DNA from: Candidatus Levybacteria bacterium RIFCSPHIGHO2_01_FULL_37_17
Lineage (GTDB): Bacteria; Patescibacteriota; Microgenomatia; Levybacterales; UBA12049
Assembly (NCBI GenBank): GCA_001782035.1
Contig: MFNL01000004.1
Span: 9,290 to 73,289, forward strand
Length of the DNA: 64,000 nt
Direction of reading: 5' to 3'
A program made the position numbers and the translations under genes. Positions 17,038 to 26,995 of the stretch are shown one piece after another (positions within the stretch are counted from its first letter, which is position 1; each line of letters opens with the position of its first letter). Below the pieces are notes generated by a model. That model did not search any database. It was not told where the DNA came from and saw nothing but the letters and a program-made list of their open reading frames with translations.

Positions 17038-17681
17038 TTTTCTTGATTTTCCTTAGATTCTTCTCGCAAGTCTCCAGTTTCTTCAAGGATTTCGTTTAAC
17101 TTTTCCAAATCCTCTTCTTTAAGCATACCTTTTTCATCCTCAATTATCTCTTCTACGTCTTTTGAAATAGTATCTGCAGCTTCTTTTTCCCGTTCCTCTA
17201 TTGCGTTAACTTTTTCATCCTGCTGGTCGGATTTTTGATATTCACGGCCGAAAAAATAGGCAAGTGGCGACACCAGAGCAATAGATGCCACTTTTAAAAT
17301 ATTAGCAGTAAAATCTCCGGTGTTTAAATCCGGAATAAAAATTAGGATAGACCCTGCAATAAATATAAAAACTGTTAAAGGATCAAAGACGAATGCAATT
17401 CCAAAAGCAAGAAAATATATTATAAAAAATAAAGGGCTGTTTAGGCCTCCTGTTGCAAAAATAAGAAGGAAGACGAGCGTATTTAATATAAATATGCCAA
17501 AGTTGCCTTCCTGCCCAAGTTTTAGAAAGGTTTTACCTCGTCTTCTTGCAACAAGCAGTAGATATAAAGCTATGAAAAGCCCTAAAAGCTGGACCGTATA
17601 ATCCTTAAGTGGGGAGTTTTGCCAGATGTAAATAACGCCAAAAGAAAGCACAAGAGTTGCGCCTTGGACAGCAAGTTTCAT
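17034..17681 (-). CDS. Polytopic membrane protein with an acidic coiled-coil C-terminal tail; first gene of the 17681-to-12783 operon
   Basis: 215 aa; four or more TM helices; E/K-rich tail. Its stop codon overlaps the start of the next ORF by 4 nt. Confidence 0.45.
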   Translation of the reverse strand: MKLAVQGATLVLSFGVIYIWQNSPLKDYTVQLLGLFIALYLLLVARRRGKTFLKLGQEGNFGIFILNTLVFLLIFATGGLNSPLFFIIYFLAFGIAFVFDPLTVFIFIAGSILIFIPDLNTGDFTANILKVASIALVSPLAYFFGREYQKSDQQDEKVNAIEEREKEAADTISKDVEEIIEDEKGMLKEEDLEKLNEILEETGDLREESKENQEK

Positions 17682-17736
17682 ACTCTAATCGTATGTAATT
17701 TATGTCAAAACTTCAAGTTTATGTTATATTCTACTT

Positions 17737-20043
17737 ATGAAAAAGTACTTCGCAAACGAGATTGAGCAAAAATGGAGAGCGAAATGGCGAGAAGAAAAAG
17801 TTTATAAGTTCAAAGAAGATCCAAAAAGGCAAAAATACTACAATTTAGTTGAGCTTCCATACCCATCGGGCGACTTACATTTAGGACACTGGTTTGCATT
17901 TACGCCTCCGGACGTCCATGCAAGATATAAAAGGATGAAAGGCTATAATGTTTTCTTCCCAAATGGCTTCGACGCCTTTGGTCTTCCTGCGGAAAACGCA
18001 GCAATAAAGAATAGAATTCATCCCAAAGATTGGACTTATAAAAATATAGAAACCATGAAAAAGCAGTTTGAAACAATGGGAACCATGATTAACTGGGATG
18101 CTGAGGTAATAACTTCAGATCCTGCTTTTTACAAATGGAACCAGTGGATTTTTCTCAAGTTGTTTGAAAGAGGCTTGGCATACAGAGGAAAAGCTTTATC
18201 TAATTGGTGCCCAAAAGACTTAACAGTTTTGGCAAATGAGCATATAGAAGGTGGAAAATGCTGGCGATGCGGGACCGAAGTGGTTCAAAAAGAAGTAGAG
18301 CAGTGGTTTTTAAAAATAACAGAATATGCTGATCAATTAATCTGGCCCGATAATCCTGATTTTGATTGGCCAAAAGAGGTAAAGGAAGGCCAAAATAACT
18401 GGATCGGTAAAAAAGAGGGGATGTTAATCAAATTTAAACTGGCTCATGCGCCTAGTTTTTCCCCTACGGGGATAGACGTTTTTACAACAAGACCTGAAAC
18501 AACCGATGGAGCCTCATTTCTGGTTATTGCCCCCGAACACACATTTGTTCAAAAGATTTTAAAAGAGCAAAGTTCTAAAACAAATAGCGAATATAAAACT
18601 ATAGAGAAATATGTATCAGAAGCAGAAAAAAAGACGGAAATGCAAAGAAAAGAGGACAGAACTAAGTCCGGAGTTTTCACAGGAGAATGGGCTGTCAATC
18701 CAGTAACAAAGACTGAAATTCCAATATGGATCTCCGACTACGTGTTGGCAGGTTATGGAACTGGCGCTATTATGGCTGTTCCTTTCGCAGATCAGCGGGA
18801 TAGAGAATTTGCAGAAAAGTTTAAATTGCCCGTCCCAGAAACTAAATTTAAGGCCAAGCCAGAAGGCAAGAAGTCAGTTAATTATCATCTTCGGGATTGG
18901 TCTGTCTCGCGTCAGCGCTATTGGGGAACTCCTGTGCCTGTGATTCATTGTCCAAAAGATGGAATTGTTCCGGTTCCGCTTGAAGATTTGCCTGTTGAGT
19001 TGCCATATGAAGTCGATTTTACTCCAAAAGGAAAACCGCCTTTAGCTTCAGATGAGGCTTGGTTGAATACCAAGTGCCCAAAATGCGATGGAAAAGCAAA
19101 AAGAGATGCAGAAACGCTAGATACTTTTTTTGACAGCTCCTGGTACTTTTTCCGCTACTGTTCACCTAAGTACGACAAGGGGCCATTTGAAAAGCAAAGA
19201 GTTAAAGAATTAATGCCAATTGATATTTATTTTGGAGGCTCAGAACACACACTAGGACACACTTTGTACGCACGATTTTTCACGAAATTCTTTAAAGATT
19301 TAGGACTGATTACTTTTAGCGAGTTTGCAAATAAACGAGCCCAGCACGGAGTTATTTTGGGGCCTGACGGAGCAAGAATGAGCAAAAGTAGGGGTAATGT
19401 AGTAAATCCGGATGATTTTGTAAAAGAATACGGGGCAGATACCATGCGTCTTTATATTTGTTTTATGATGCCTTACAGCGCAACTGCTCCGTGGTCGGAC
19501 AACGCAATAGCCGGAGTTTATAAGTTTTTAAAAAGAGTTTGGGATTTACAATTTAGCCTCAAAAATAAAGATTTAGATGATGAAGACTTATTTCAAATGC
19601 ATTCCGCAATAAAAAAAGTCGGAGAAGATCTTGAAAGTTTGAATTTTAATACAGCAGTATCGGCCATGATGATTTGGCTTAACTTTTTAAGTTCAAAAGG
19701 AGCGTCAAAAGAGGAATATGAAGCTATTTTGAAGCTTCTTGCGCCATTTGCCCCTTATATAACCGATGAAATTTGGCACTTATTAAATCCAGCTGCTAAC
19801 GCTATACACTTAGAGAATTTCCCTTTATTTCAATCTAAATTCATAAAGCGCGAAAACGCCCAAATTGTTGTACAAGTTAACGGAAGAGTCAGGGACACAA
19901 TTCAAATTTCCATGAGCCAAGCTGAAAATAAGAAATTCGTCGAAACTGAGGCTAAAAAAGGCGAAAAAGTAAAAAAATATCTTGAAGGTAACGTGAAAAA
20001 AACAATTTATATTCCAGCCAAACTCATAAATTTTGTAGTTTAA
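17737..20043 (+). CDS. leuS: Leucyl-tRNA synthetase
   Basis: 768 aa. HLGH (HIGH-type) motif; RMSKSRGN (KMSKS) motif; overall LeuRS architecture (PYPSGDLHLGHWFAFTPPDVHARYKRMKGYNV). Confidence 0.93.
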   Translation: MKKYFANEIEQKWRAKWREEKVYKFKEDPKRQKYYNLVELPYPSGDLHLGHWFAFTPPDVHARYKRMKGYNVFFPNGFDAFGLPAENAAIKNRIHPKDWTYKNIETMKKQFETMGTMINWDAEVITSDPAFYKWNQWIFLKLFERGLAYRGKALSNWCPKDLTVLANEHIEGGKCWRCGTEVVQKEVEQWFLKITEYADQLIWPDNPDFDWPKEVKEGQNNWIGKKEGMLIKFKLAHAPSFSPTGIDVFTTRPETTDGASFLVIAPEHTFVQKILKEQSSKTNSEYKTIEKYVSEAEKKTEMQRKEDRTKSGVFTGEWAVNPVTKTEIPIWISDYVLAGYGTGAIMAVPFADQRDREFAEKFKLPVPETKFKAKPEGKKSVNYHLRDWSVSRQRYWGTPVPVIHCPKDGIVPVPLEDLPVELPYEVDFTPKGKPPLASDEAWLNTKCPKCDGKAKRDAETLDTFFDSSWYFFRYCSPKYDKGPFEKQRVKELMPIDIYFGGSEHTLGHTLYARFFTKFFKDLGLITFSEFANKRAQHGVILGPDGARMSKSRGNVVNPDDFVKEYGADTMRLYICFMMPYSATAPWSDNAIAGVYKFLKRVWDLQFSLKNKDLDDEDLFQMHSAIKKVGEDLESLNFNTAVSAMMIWLNFLSSKGASKEEYEAILKLLAPFAPYITDEIWHLLNPAANAIHLENFPLFQSKFIKRENAQIVVQVNGRVRDTIQISMSQAENKKFVETEAKKGEKVKKYLEGNVKKTIYIPAKLINFVV

Positions 20044-20044
20044 A

Positions 20045-20641
20045 ATGGAAGATTTGCAAGAGCAGCTTGCTCCTATTTTTAAAAGATTTTGGCTCCCTAT
20101 AGTTCTTGCTTTGATCGCTTTGATGTTTTTTGCATATGGTATGATATCTTTGCTGTCAAAATCTTCTACCCCTCAAGTTAGATTTGAAACCGTTGAGTCT
20201 CTTCAAGCAGAAGCAGAAATCGCTGTTGATATCGAAGGCGCAGTAGTTAAACCGGGCGTATATAAGCTCAAATCAGGTTCAATTGTTCAGGAAGCATTAA
20301 TTGCGGCAGGAGGAGCATCAGAGGACGCAGATAGGGAATGGATGGCAAAAAATTTGAATTTGGCCTTAAAACTTACAAATGGACAAAAAATATATATTCC
20401 AAAATTGGGAGAGACCGGAACTATTTCTGTAATTCAAGACGTTGAAAGCAACTCAACAGCTCTTATAAACATAAATACAGCATCAAGTAGCGAATTAGAC
20501 ACGCTTCCCGGCATAGGTCCGGTAACAAGTACGAAAATAATAGATAACAGGCCATATAACTCAATAAATGACCTTTTAGACAAAAAAATTGTCGGGCAAT
20601 CAACCTTTGAGAAGATAAAAGATAAAATAACCACTTTGTGA
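20045..20641 (+). CDS. comEA: Competence protein ComEA (SLBB domain plus tandem helix-hairpin-helix)
   Basis: 198 aa with an N-terminal TM. C-terminus NINTASSSELDTLPGIGPVTSTKIIDNRPYNSINDLLD. Confidence 0.85.
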   Translation: MEDLQEQLAPIFKRFWLPIVLALIALMFFAYGMISLLSKSSTPQVRFETVESLQAEAEIAVDIEGAVVKPGVYKLKSGSIVQEALIAAGGASEDADREWMAKNLNLALKLTNGQKIYIPKLGETGTISVIQDVESNSTALININTASSSELDTLPGIGPVTSTKIIDNRPYNSINDLLDKKIVGQSTFEKIKDKITTL

Positions 20642-21873
20642 AAAGTCTGCTCCTTTTTTATTTACTGCTTGTCTTATTAGTTGCTGCTCGTTTATTTTTA
20701 TTTTATTCAAACCAGCCGACATTTGCCGATAAACAACAGGTTATTTTCAAAACAACAGTAAACACCTCTCCTAAAAGCTTTAATAACTATCAGACTTTGT
20801 GGGTAAATATCTCTCCTACTACCGGCGCGCTACTCAAATTACCCGTAGATATGCAGCTGTCTTACGGAGATATAGTTTTAATTTCTGGCAGACTAAATAA
20901 TAAACTGCTAGATAGTGGTGATAATATTTTCACAATAGATTATCCAATAATCGAGCCTAAAAGTAGTGAAAAGTCCCCATTTTTAGCAGTCATATATTCT
21001 ATTCGCCAACATATAATTGATTATTTTAAGCAACATTTGGATAATGTTTCTGCAGGACTTTTGCTTGGAATAGTTTTTGGTATTAAAGACAATATACCAA
21101 AGCAGTTTCTTGATCAGATACAACAAACGGGCGTAATGCACGTTGTAGCAGCTTCGGGCATGAATGTAACTATGGTATCGGGATTTCTTTTTTATTTTTT
21201 TATTTTGTTTTTAAAAAGACAAATTGCAATAGTAGCAGCAATAGGAGGAATCGCTTTTTACGTGATTCTAGCAGGCTTTGAGGCCTCTATTGTGCGCGCT
21301 GCAATAATGGGTTCAATTGTATTTGGAGCACAAATCATCGGAAAGCAAAAAGAGAGTGCCCACATTTTGTTTCTGACAGTAATTTTAATGCTATTCTTGT
21401 GGCCGGAATTTTTAATTAGTATCGGTTTTCAGTTAAGCGTTGCTGCAACCTTGGGAATTCTTTTCATCCCTATGCTTTTTTCGCGCTTTACAAATAGTTT
21501 TACCGAGGTATTTATTGTCACAATTTCAGCCCAGCTTGCTACTTTGCCAATTTTAATTGCAAATTTTGGAGCCTATTCGGTTCTTTCTATATTTACAAAC
21601 GCTTTTGTATTGTGGACTATTCCAATCCTCACAATTTTAGGCATGATTTCGGCGGTTTTTGTTTTTATTTTGCCGCTTTTTGCGAGTTTGTTTTTGTACA
21701 TTGCACTTCCTTTTTTGCTCTTTTTTAGAACGGTAGTAGAGTTTTTTGCCTCAACTACCGCAATTTTGACATTTTCGAGTTTTTCCTGGCAATTCAGTCT
21801 TGCTTATTATTTTATACTTGCTGCTGCAGTTTTGTTTTTTTATGAAAAGATACATAAGCGTTCTTTTTCTTAG
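20638..21873 (+). CDS. comEC: ComEC/Rec2 N-terminal portion (DUF4131 plus competence channel domain)
   Basis: 411 aa polytopic protein; competence-domain motif TGVMHVVAASGMNVTMVSGF. Confidence 0.8.
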   Translation: MKSLLLFYLLLVLLVAARLFLFYSNQPTFADKQQVIFKTTVNTSPKSFNNYQTLWVNISPTTGALLKLPVDMQLSYGDIVLISGRLNNKLLDSGDNIFTIDYPIIEPKSSEKSPFLAVIYSIRQHIIDYFKQHLDNVSAGLLLGIVFGIKDNIPKQFLDQIQQTGVMHVVAASGMNVTMVSGFLFYFFILFLKRQIAIVAAIGGIAFYVILAGFEASIVRAAIMGSIVFGAQIIGKQKESAHILFLTVILMLFLWPEFLISIGFQLSVAATLGILFIPMLFSRFTNSFTEVFIVTISAQLATLPILIANFGAYSVLSIFTNAFVLWTIPILTILGMISAVFVFILPLFASLFLYIALPFLLFFRTVVEFFASTTAILTFSSFSWQFSLAYYFILAAAVLFFYEKIHKRSFS

Positions 21874-22666
21874 CATTGCAGCTTTGGGTTTGTTGTTTAT
21901 TTACCAAAGCTTTAGTTTATCTGACGGCAGACTTCATATGGTCGTTTGCGACATTGGCCAGGGCGATGGGATTTATATAAGAGCAGATAACGGGGCGGAT
22001 TTAATAGTGGATGGAGGCCCTGACAATCGTATTTTAGATTGTCTTTCTAAGCATATGCCTTTTTGGGACAGAACTATTGAGGTTATGATTTTAACTAATC
22101 CGGACGCCGACCACTTGCGCGGTGTCACTCATATCATTGACAGCTACAAAGTGATACATTATGCAACGGTTGATTTCCCCAAGCAAACTGCAGCTTACAA
22201 ACTATTACAGAGTAAATTAAGGCAGAAAAACATAACTACAGAGTATTATTTTAGTGGTGAAAAAATAATTTTCGGGAAAACCGAATTTAGCTTTTTATGG
22301 CCGGATAAAAGTTTTAACGGCGGAACCGTAAATGACAATTCGGTCGTGGGAAGACTTACCTTTGGGAACTTCAGCGCTCTTTTAACAGGGGATGTCGGCG
22401 CAAATATTTTGGACACCCAAAAAATAGGAAAAGTTAATGTTTTAAAAGTCCCTCATCATGGTTCAAAAACTGGAATGAGCGATATATTTTTAAACGAAAC
22501 AATGCCTAATTTAGCTATAATTTCGGTTGGAAAACACAATAATTATGGTCATCCTGCGTCTTTAAGCCTTGAGCTTTTAAAAAAACATAATGTTAAAACT
22601 TTGCGAACTGACTTAAATGGTGAAGTGGAAGTAGTATCGGATGGCAATAGTTACTGGGTAAATTGA
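21800..22666 (+). CDS. comEC: ComEC C-terminal metallo-beta-lactamase domain, encoded as a separate ORF that overlaps the previous one by 74 nt in another frame
   Basis: 288 aa; VCDIGQGDG...NPDADHLRG...VPHHGSKTG metallo-beta-lactamase motifs. Confidence 0.8.
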   Translation: MLIILYLLLQFCFFMKRYISVLFLSIAALGLLFIYQSFSLSDGRLHMVVCDIGQGDGIYIRADNGADLIVDGGPDNRILDCLSKHMPFWDRTIEVMILTNPDADHLRGVTHIIDSYKVIHYATVDFPKQTAAYKLLQSKLRQKNITTEYYFSGEKIIFGKTEFSFLWPDKSFNGGTVNDNSVVGRLTFGNFSALLTGDVGANILDTQKIGKVNVLKVPHHGSKTGMSDIFLNETMPNLAIISVGKHNNYGHPASLSLELLKKHNVKTLRTDLNGEVEVVSDGNSYWVN

Positions 22667-22995
22667 GCAGTAGCTGTTTTGTGATGTCTAAATTTGAACC
22701 TGTCGGGATATCGAAGCCCTTGAATTATCCCTCCAATTGCTATGCCATTAATTATTGACAGATACTGGAATCCTTCATAATTAATCAGAGTTATTCCTGT
22801 TATTAATGTCAATATTAGCCAATGGTGGATATGATAAATTTTACTCCTTGAATGTATTCTTAAATTTGGAGAAAGCTCTATTTTCCATACTTGAACCCTG
22901 GGGAGCTTATGTTTCTTTTTCTCGGGATGAGAGAAATAAAGAAAAAACACGTACCCTAGCCAAATAGAAAATAAAAATGTAAATAATCCGCTCAT
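22651..22995 (-). CDS. Hypothetical small membrane protein
   Basis: 114-aa ORF with two hydrophobic segments; no recognisable family. Confidence 0.3.
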   Translation of the reverse strand: MSGLFTFLFSIWLGYVFFLYFSHPEKKKHKLPRVQVWKIELSPNLRIHSRSKIYHIHHWLILTLITGITLINYEGFQYLSIINGIAIGGIIQGLRYPDRFKFRHHKTATAQFTQ

Positions 22996-23115
22996 ATTAT
23001 ATAAGCATTTTCAGCTTATAGTATATATGTGTATCATACAACATCTTCAAGGCCATTTCAAGTGCAGGGAAGTTGTTCATTTGAATGTGATAGAATGATG
23101 ATTAAAGGAGTTTTT

Positions 23116-24729
23116 GTGACAAAAAAATTATACTCAATTTTATCGGGTTTAGCCTCGGAAATGGGCGTAAAAGAACCTAATTTTAAAGTCGAGGTTCCAA
23201 AAAATAAAACACATGGAGATTTGAGCTCAAATATTGCCCTTGCTTTGGCAAAAACACTCGATAGAAACCCGATGGAGTTAGCCAAAGAGATCTCGGAAAA
23301 GCTTAAAATAGATTCTAGTTTAATTTCAAAAATAGAGATTGCAGCTCCCGGCTTCATTAACTTTTGGTTTTCACAAGAGTATCTTTCTTCTCGGGTTCAA
23401 AATATTATTAAAGAAGATGATCTATATGGCTCAATTGATTTGGGCAAAGGTAAAAAAGCAAGCGTAGAATATGTATCCGCAAATCCAACGGGGCCTTTAC
23501 ATATTGGAAACGCAAGGGGCGGGCCTCTTGGAGATATTATTGCAAACATAATGCAGAAAGCGGGCTACCGCGTCAGCCGCGAGTATTTGCACAACGATAT
23601 AGGAGGACAGGTAGAAAAACTGGGAGAAACCATTTATTACTTGCTCAATCCGTCAGATAAACCAAAAGATTATGAACTTCAGTATAGGGGAGAATATGTT
23701 TACGATTTGGCCAAAGAAGTTAATACAAAGCTCCACAACTCAAAACTTTCTAAAGAAGAATTTATGAAAGAAGCGGGCAAAATCGCAGTTGAAATTATGC
23801 TTGAGCAAATTTTAGAAGATTGCAAACTAATGGGAATTAATTTTGATAAAATTACAAAAGAGTCCGAACTACGAAAAGACGTATCAAAAACGCTTGACAG
23901 GCTCAAAAACTCTTTAAAAGAGAATGAAGGAGCTTTATGGTTTGCTCCGAGTGACCAGTATTTAAAAGACAGAGAAACGGTTGTTAGAAAATCGAACGGA
24001 GAATATACATACTTTGCGTCTGATATTGTTTACCACAACCAAAAGCTGTCTGAAAACGATATTGCAATTGATGTTTTAGGAGTAAACCACAGTGGACATG
24101 TTCCCAAACTTTTCGCTGTTGCAAAAGCATTAGGGCATAATCCGGACAGTTTAAAAGTTGTCTTATACCAGTTTGTTAGGCTAAAACAAGGTTCAGAATC
24201 TCTCAAAATGAGCAAAAGGGAAGGGACTTTTGTTACAGCAAAAGAGGTTTTGCAGGAAGTCGGTAAAGATGCTTTCAGATTTTTTCTTGTCTCGCAAAAT
24301 AATCAAAGCCATATAGATTTTGACATTGAGTTGGCAAAGAAGAGGGCAGCTGAAAATCCTGTTTTCTATGTTCAGTATGCATACACACGAATAGCGAGCA
24401 TATTCGCTAAACTTAAAACTGAAAATTTAAAACTTAAAACTGATGATTTAGGTTCAAAACTCAAAGAAAAAGAGGAGCTGGAGTTGATGAGGCTTCTTTT
24501 GCAGCTACCAACGCTAGTTGAAACGGTCGCGCAAAATTTTGCCGTCAATTTAATTACAAATTACTCTGTAGAGCTTGCGACTTCATTCCACCGGTTTTAC
24601 GAAAAACAACAAGTGCTTTCAGTGGAAAGTGAGCTCAAAAATGCCCGACTCGCTTTACTCAAGGCAACTCAAATCACGCTAAGAAATACACTGGACTTAC
24701 TCGGAATATCCGCTCCGGAGAAGATGTAG
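23116..24729 (+). CDS. argS: Arginyl-tRNA synthetase. Start assigned to GTG 23116, preceded by AAAGGAG; the track ORF extends to 23029
   Basis: HIGNARGG class-I motif and ArgRS C-terminal anticodon-binding region. SD AAAGGAG at 23104-23110, 5 nt before the GTG. Confidence 0.9.
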   Translation: MTKKLYSILSGLASEMGVKEPNFKVEVPKNKTHGDLSSNIALALAKTLDRNPMELAKEISEKLKIDSSLISKIEIAAPGFINFWFSQEYLSSRVQNIIKEDDLYGSIDLGKGKKASVEYVSANPTGPLHIGNARGGPLGDIIANIMQKAGYRVSREYLHNDIGGQVEKLGETIYYLLNPSDKPKDYELQYRGEYVYDLAKEVNTKLHNSKLSKEEFMKEAGKIAVEIMLEQILEDCKLMGINFDKITKESELRKDVSKTLDRLKNSLKENEGALWFAPSDQYLKDRETVVRKSNGEYTYFASDIVYHNQKLSENDIAIDVLGVNHSGHVPKLFAVAKALGHNPDSLKVVLYQFVRLKQGSESLKMSKREGTFVTAKEVLQEVGKDAFRFFLVSQNNQSHIDFDIELAKKRAAENPVFYVQYAYTRIASIFAKLKTENLKLKTDDLGSKLKEKEELELMRLLLQLPTLVETVAQNFAVNLITNYSVELATSFHRFYEKQQVLSVESELKNARLALLKATQITLRNTLDLLGISAPEKM

Positions 24730-24742
24730 AAATTATTTTCCG

Positions 24743-25093
24743 TTATAATTCTTCCGTGGCTAATGATATTGCAAAAGAGGTTGTAGTAACTGCAAGTCCT
24801 GCAAGGAATTCAGTCGTATTACCACGGTTTCCTGCGTCAATTGTATACAAGAATGCACCTGTTGTCGCAGCTAATTTACCCAACCTTAGAAGATTTCTGA
24901 TTGAATTAGATCTATCGGCAATCCAATCCAATGCTTTGTAAGCGCTTTCATGTTTTGCTATTCTTGTCTCCTGATTCTGTAGTACGGAAAGATATTCCTC
25001 CATTGCCTTAACTACATCAGCGTTAACCCCGCCCTTAGCTACAGCATAATCTTTTTCTATTAGATTCAAATCAAAAATTCTTTCCGAACTCAT
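24743..25093 (-). CDS. Hypothetical protein
   Basis: 116-aa ORF convergent with argS; no family recognised. Confidence 0.35.
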   Translation of the reverse strand: MSSERIFDLNLIEKDYAVAKGGVNADVVKAMEEYLSVLQNQETRIAKHESAYKALDWIADRSNSIRNLLRLGKLAATTGAFLYTIDAGNRGNTTEFLAGLAVTTTSFAISLATEEL

Positions 25094-25190
25094 AATATCC
25101 GATAGTATACCACGATCTGCTTAGAAGTCAAATTTGAACAGATTTTGACCTATTCAAAACCCCTAACTTTTCCGTTATAATAATGCTTCT

Positions 25191-26465
25191 ATGAACTACA
25201 CAAGAAGAGTTTTGGAAAATGGCCTGCGAGTCCTCACAATTCCTATGCCTTCATTTGAAAGTGCAACAGTTATGGCAATGGTTGGAGCAGGATCAAGATA
25301 CGAAACCACAAAAAACAACGGAATCTCCCACTTTTTAGAACATATGGCCTTTAAAGGAACGAACAAAAGACCTTCGGCTATGGAAATTGCAAGCATGATA
25401 GACGGAATTGGAGGCGAATTTAATGCTTTTACAAGCAAAGAAGTAACGGGATATTTTGTAAAAGCAGCAAAAAACCATGCAGAACTTTGCTTGGATGTTT
25501 TATCCGACATGCTCCAAAATTCAAAACTAGATGCTTTGGAGATAGAAAAAGAAAGGGGAGTAATACTTGAGGAAATCAACTTATACGAAGATACTCCAAG
25601 CAGAAAAATTGGCGATGTTTATGAAAGTCTTTTGTATGGAGATACGCCCATGGGATGGGATATTGCAGGAAGAAAAGATGTAATTAGAAACATTACTAGG
25701 CAGGATTTTGTCGACTACTTGTCTAGTTTGTACAGCGCAAAAAACATAGTTGTAGTTGTTGCTGGGGGAATAATTCCTGAAAAAATTGAGGCTATGGCGG
25801 TAAATTATTTCGGCAAGATGCCTAGCTTTGATACAGTTAGTTATAACAAAGTAGATGAAAACCAGGTCAAACCATCTCTTTATATAAAACATAAAGATAC
25901 TGAACAGGTTCATATAGCCCTAGGTTTTCGAACAGTAGCGCTGGAGCATCCGGATAGATATGCATTATCGGTTCTTGGTTCAATTCTTGGTGGGGGAATG
26001 AGCTCACGATTATTTAGCGAAGTTAGAGAAAAAAGAGGCTTAGCGTACTACGTTAGAACAGGCTCGGAAAATTATCAGGACGTTGGAAATATAGTCTCAA
26101 CTGCTGGACTTGACCCAAAAAGAATAGAAGACGGAATCAAAGTAATAATTGAGGAATATTCTAAATTCGCAAGTGGGAAAGCTGAAATAACCAAAACTGA
26201 ACTTGCAAAATCCAAAGAATACATAAAAGGGCATTTAGTTTTGGAAGAGGAAGATAGCCGTTTTATGGCTGCATTTTACGCTCAAAACGAGCTTTTAGAA
26301 AAGCAAATGGAAACACCGGAAGACTTAATTGATAAGATTATGAAGGTAACAATGGAAGAAGTTGAGGAAGTTGCCAAAAAATACTTTAAAAAGGAAACCT
26401 TAAATTTGGCAATAATCGGAAAATTTAAAGACAAAGCCCATTTCGAAAAACTACTTAAGCTTTAA
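25191..26465 (+). CDS. M16-family zinc metallopeptidase (insulinase-like)
   Basis: HFLEHMAFKGT inverted zinc-binding motif (HxxEH); 424 aa. Confidence 0.85.
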   Translation: MNYTRRVLENGLRVLTIPMPSFESATVMAMVGAGSRYETTKNNGISHFLEHMAFKGTNKRPSAMEIASMIDGIGGEFNAFTSKEVTGYFVKAAKNHAELCLDVLSDMLQNSKLDALEIEKERGVILEEINLYEDTPSRKIGDVYESLLYGDTPMGWDIAGRKDVIRNITRQDFVDYLSSLYSAKNIVVVVAGGIIPEKIEAMAVNYFGKMPSFDTVSYNKVDENQVKPSLYIKHKDTEQVHIALGFRTVALEHPDRYALSVLGSILGGGMSSRLFSEVREKRGLAYYVRTGSENYQDVGNIVSTAGLDPKRIEDGIKVIIEEYSKFASGKAEITKTELAKSKEYIKGHLVLEEEDSRFMAAFYAQNELLEKQMETPEDLIDKIMKVTMEEVEEVAKKYFKKETLNLAIIGKFKDKAHFEKLLKL

Positions 26466-26902
26466 TTTTTTTTGGCTTTAAGCTTTCTTATAATTTCGAT
26501 AGATTTTTTTCCAAGCTCAAGCTCTGCAGGATTTTCATTAATAAACCATCTGCCCCATTGTTCCTTATCAGTGCCTTTTTGGGTATTGTGTATCCAGTAA
26601 CCGAAAACATCTTCCTCGAAATTAGTTTGCTCAGTTAGTTCTATTACTCCTTGCCAAAGTACATTATCGGGATTTTCTTTATCAAAAATAGTCAATTTAT
26701 CACCATCATGTAAGACATGAAGTCCGGCGTAATCCCATGTTTTTTGATTTGTGAATCTTTCATCCATAAATGCCCATGAGCCTCCCTCGGATCCAGTTTC
26801 AGAAAAAAAATAAGCTATTCCTCTAAAGTGAGTTTCTATTTCAGGTGGGATTTTTGTTTCTTGTCTAGCTGGCATAGGAATGGGATTATAAGGCTGAAAC
26901 AA
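26462..26902 (-). CDS. Hypothetical protein
   Basis: 146-aa ORF; no family recognised. Confidence 0.4.
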   Translation of the reverse strand: MFQPYNPIPMPARQETKIPPEIETHFRGIAYFFSETGSEGGSWAFMDERFTNQKTWDYAGLHVLHDGDKLTIFDKENPDNVLWQGVIELTEQTNFEEDVFGYWIHNTQKGTDKEQWGRWFINENPAELELGKKSIEIIRKLKAKKN

Positions 26903-26995
26903 GTGTAAGTCAAATTTTGTTATGAATCGGTTATAACAATGTTATTACATTCTTTCTATTTACATTTTCGCTTTTACGCTTTAAAATTAGCGGTG

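Noticed and set aside
23029-23115. N-terminal 29-codon extension of argS in the ORF track (MYHTTSSRPFQVQGSCSFECDRMMIKGVF)
   Set aside because: No RBS is present. A strong AAAGGAG sits 5 nt before the in-frame GTG at 23116, and the extension is Cys-rich and atypical for ArgRS.
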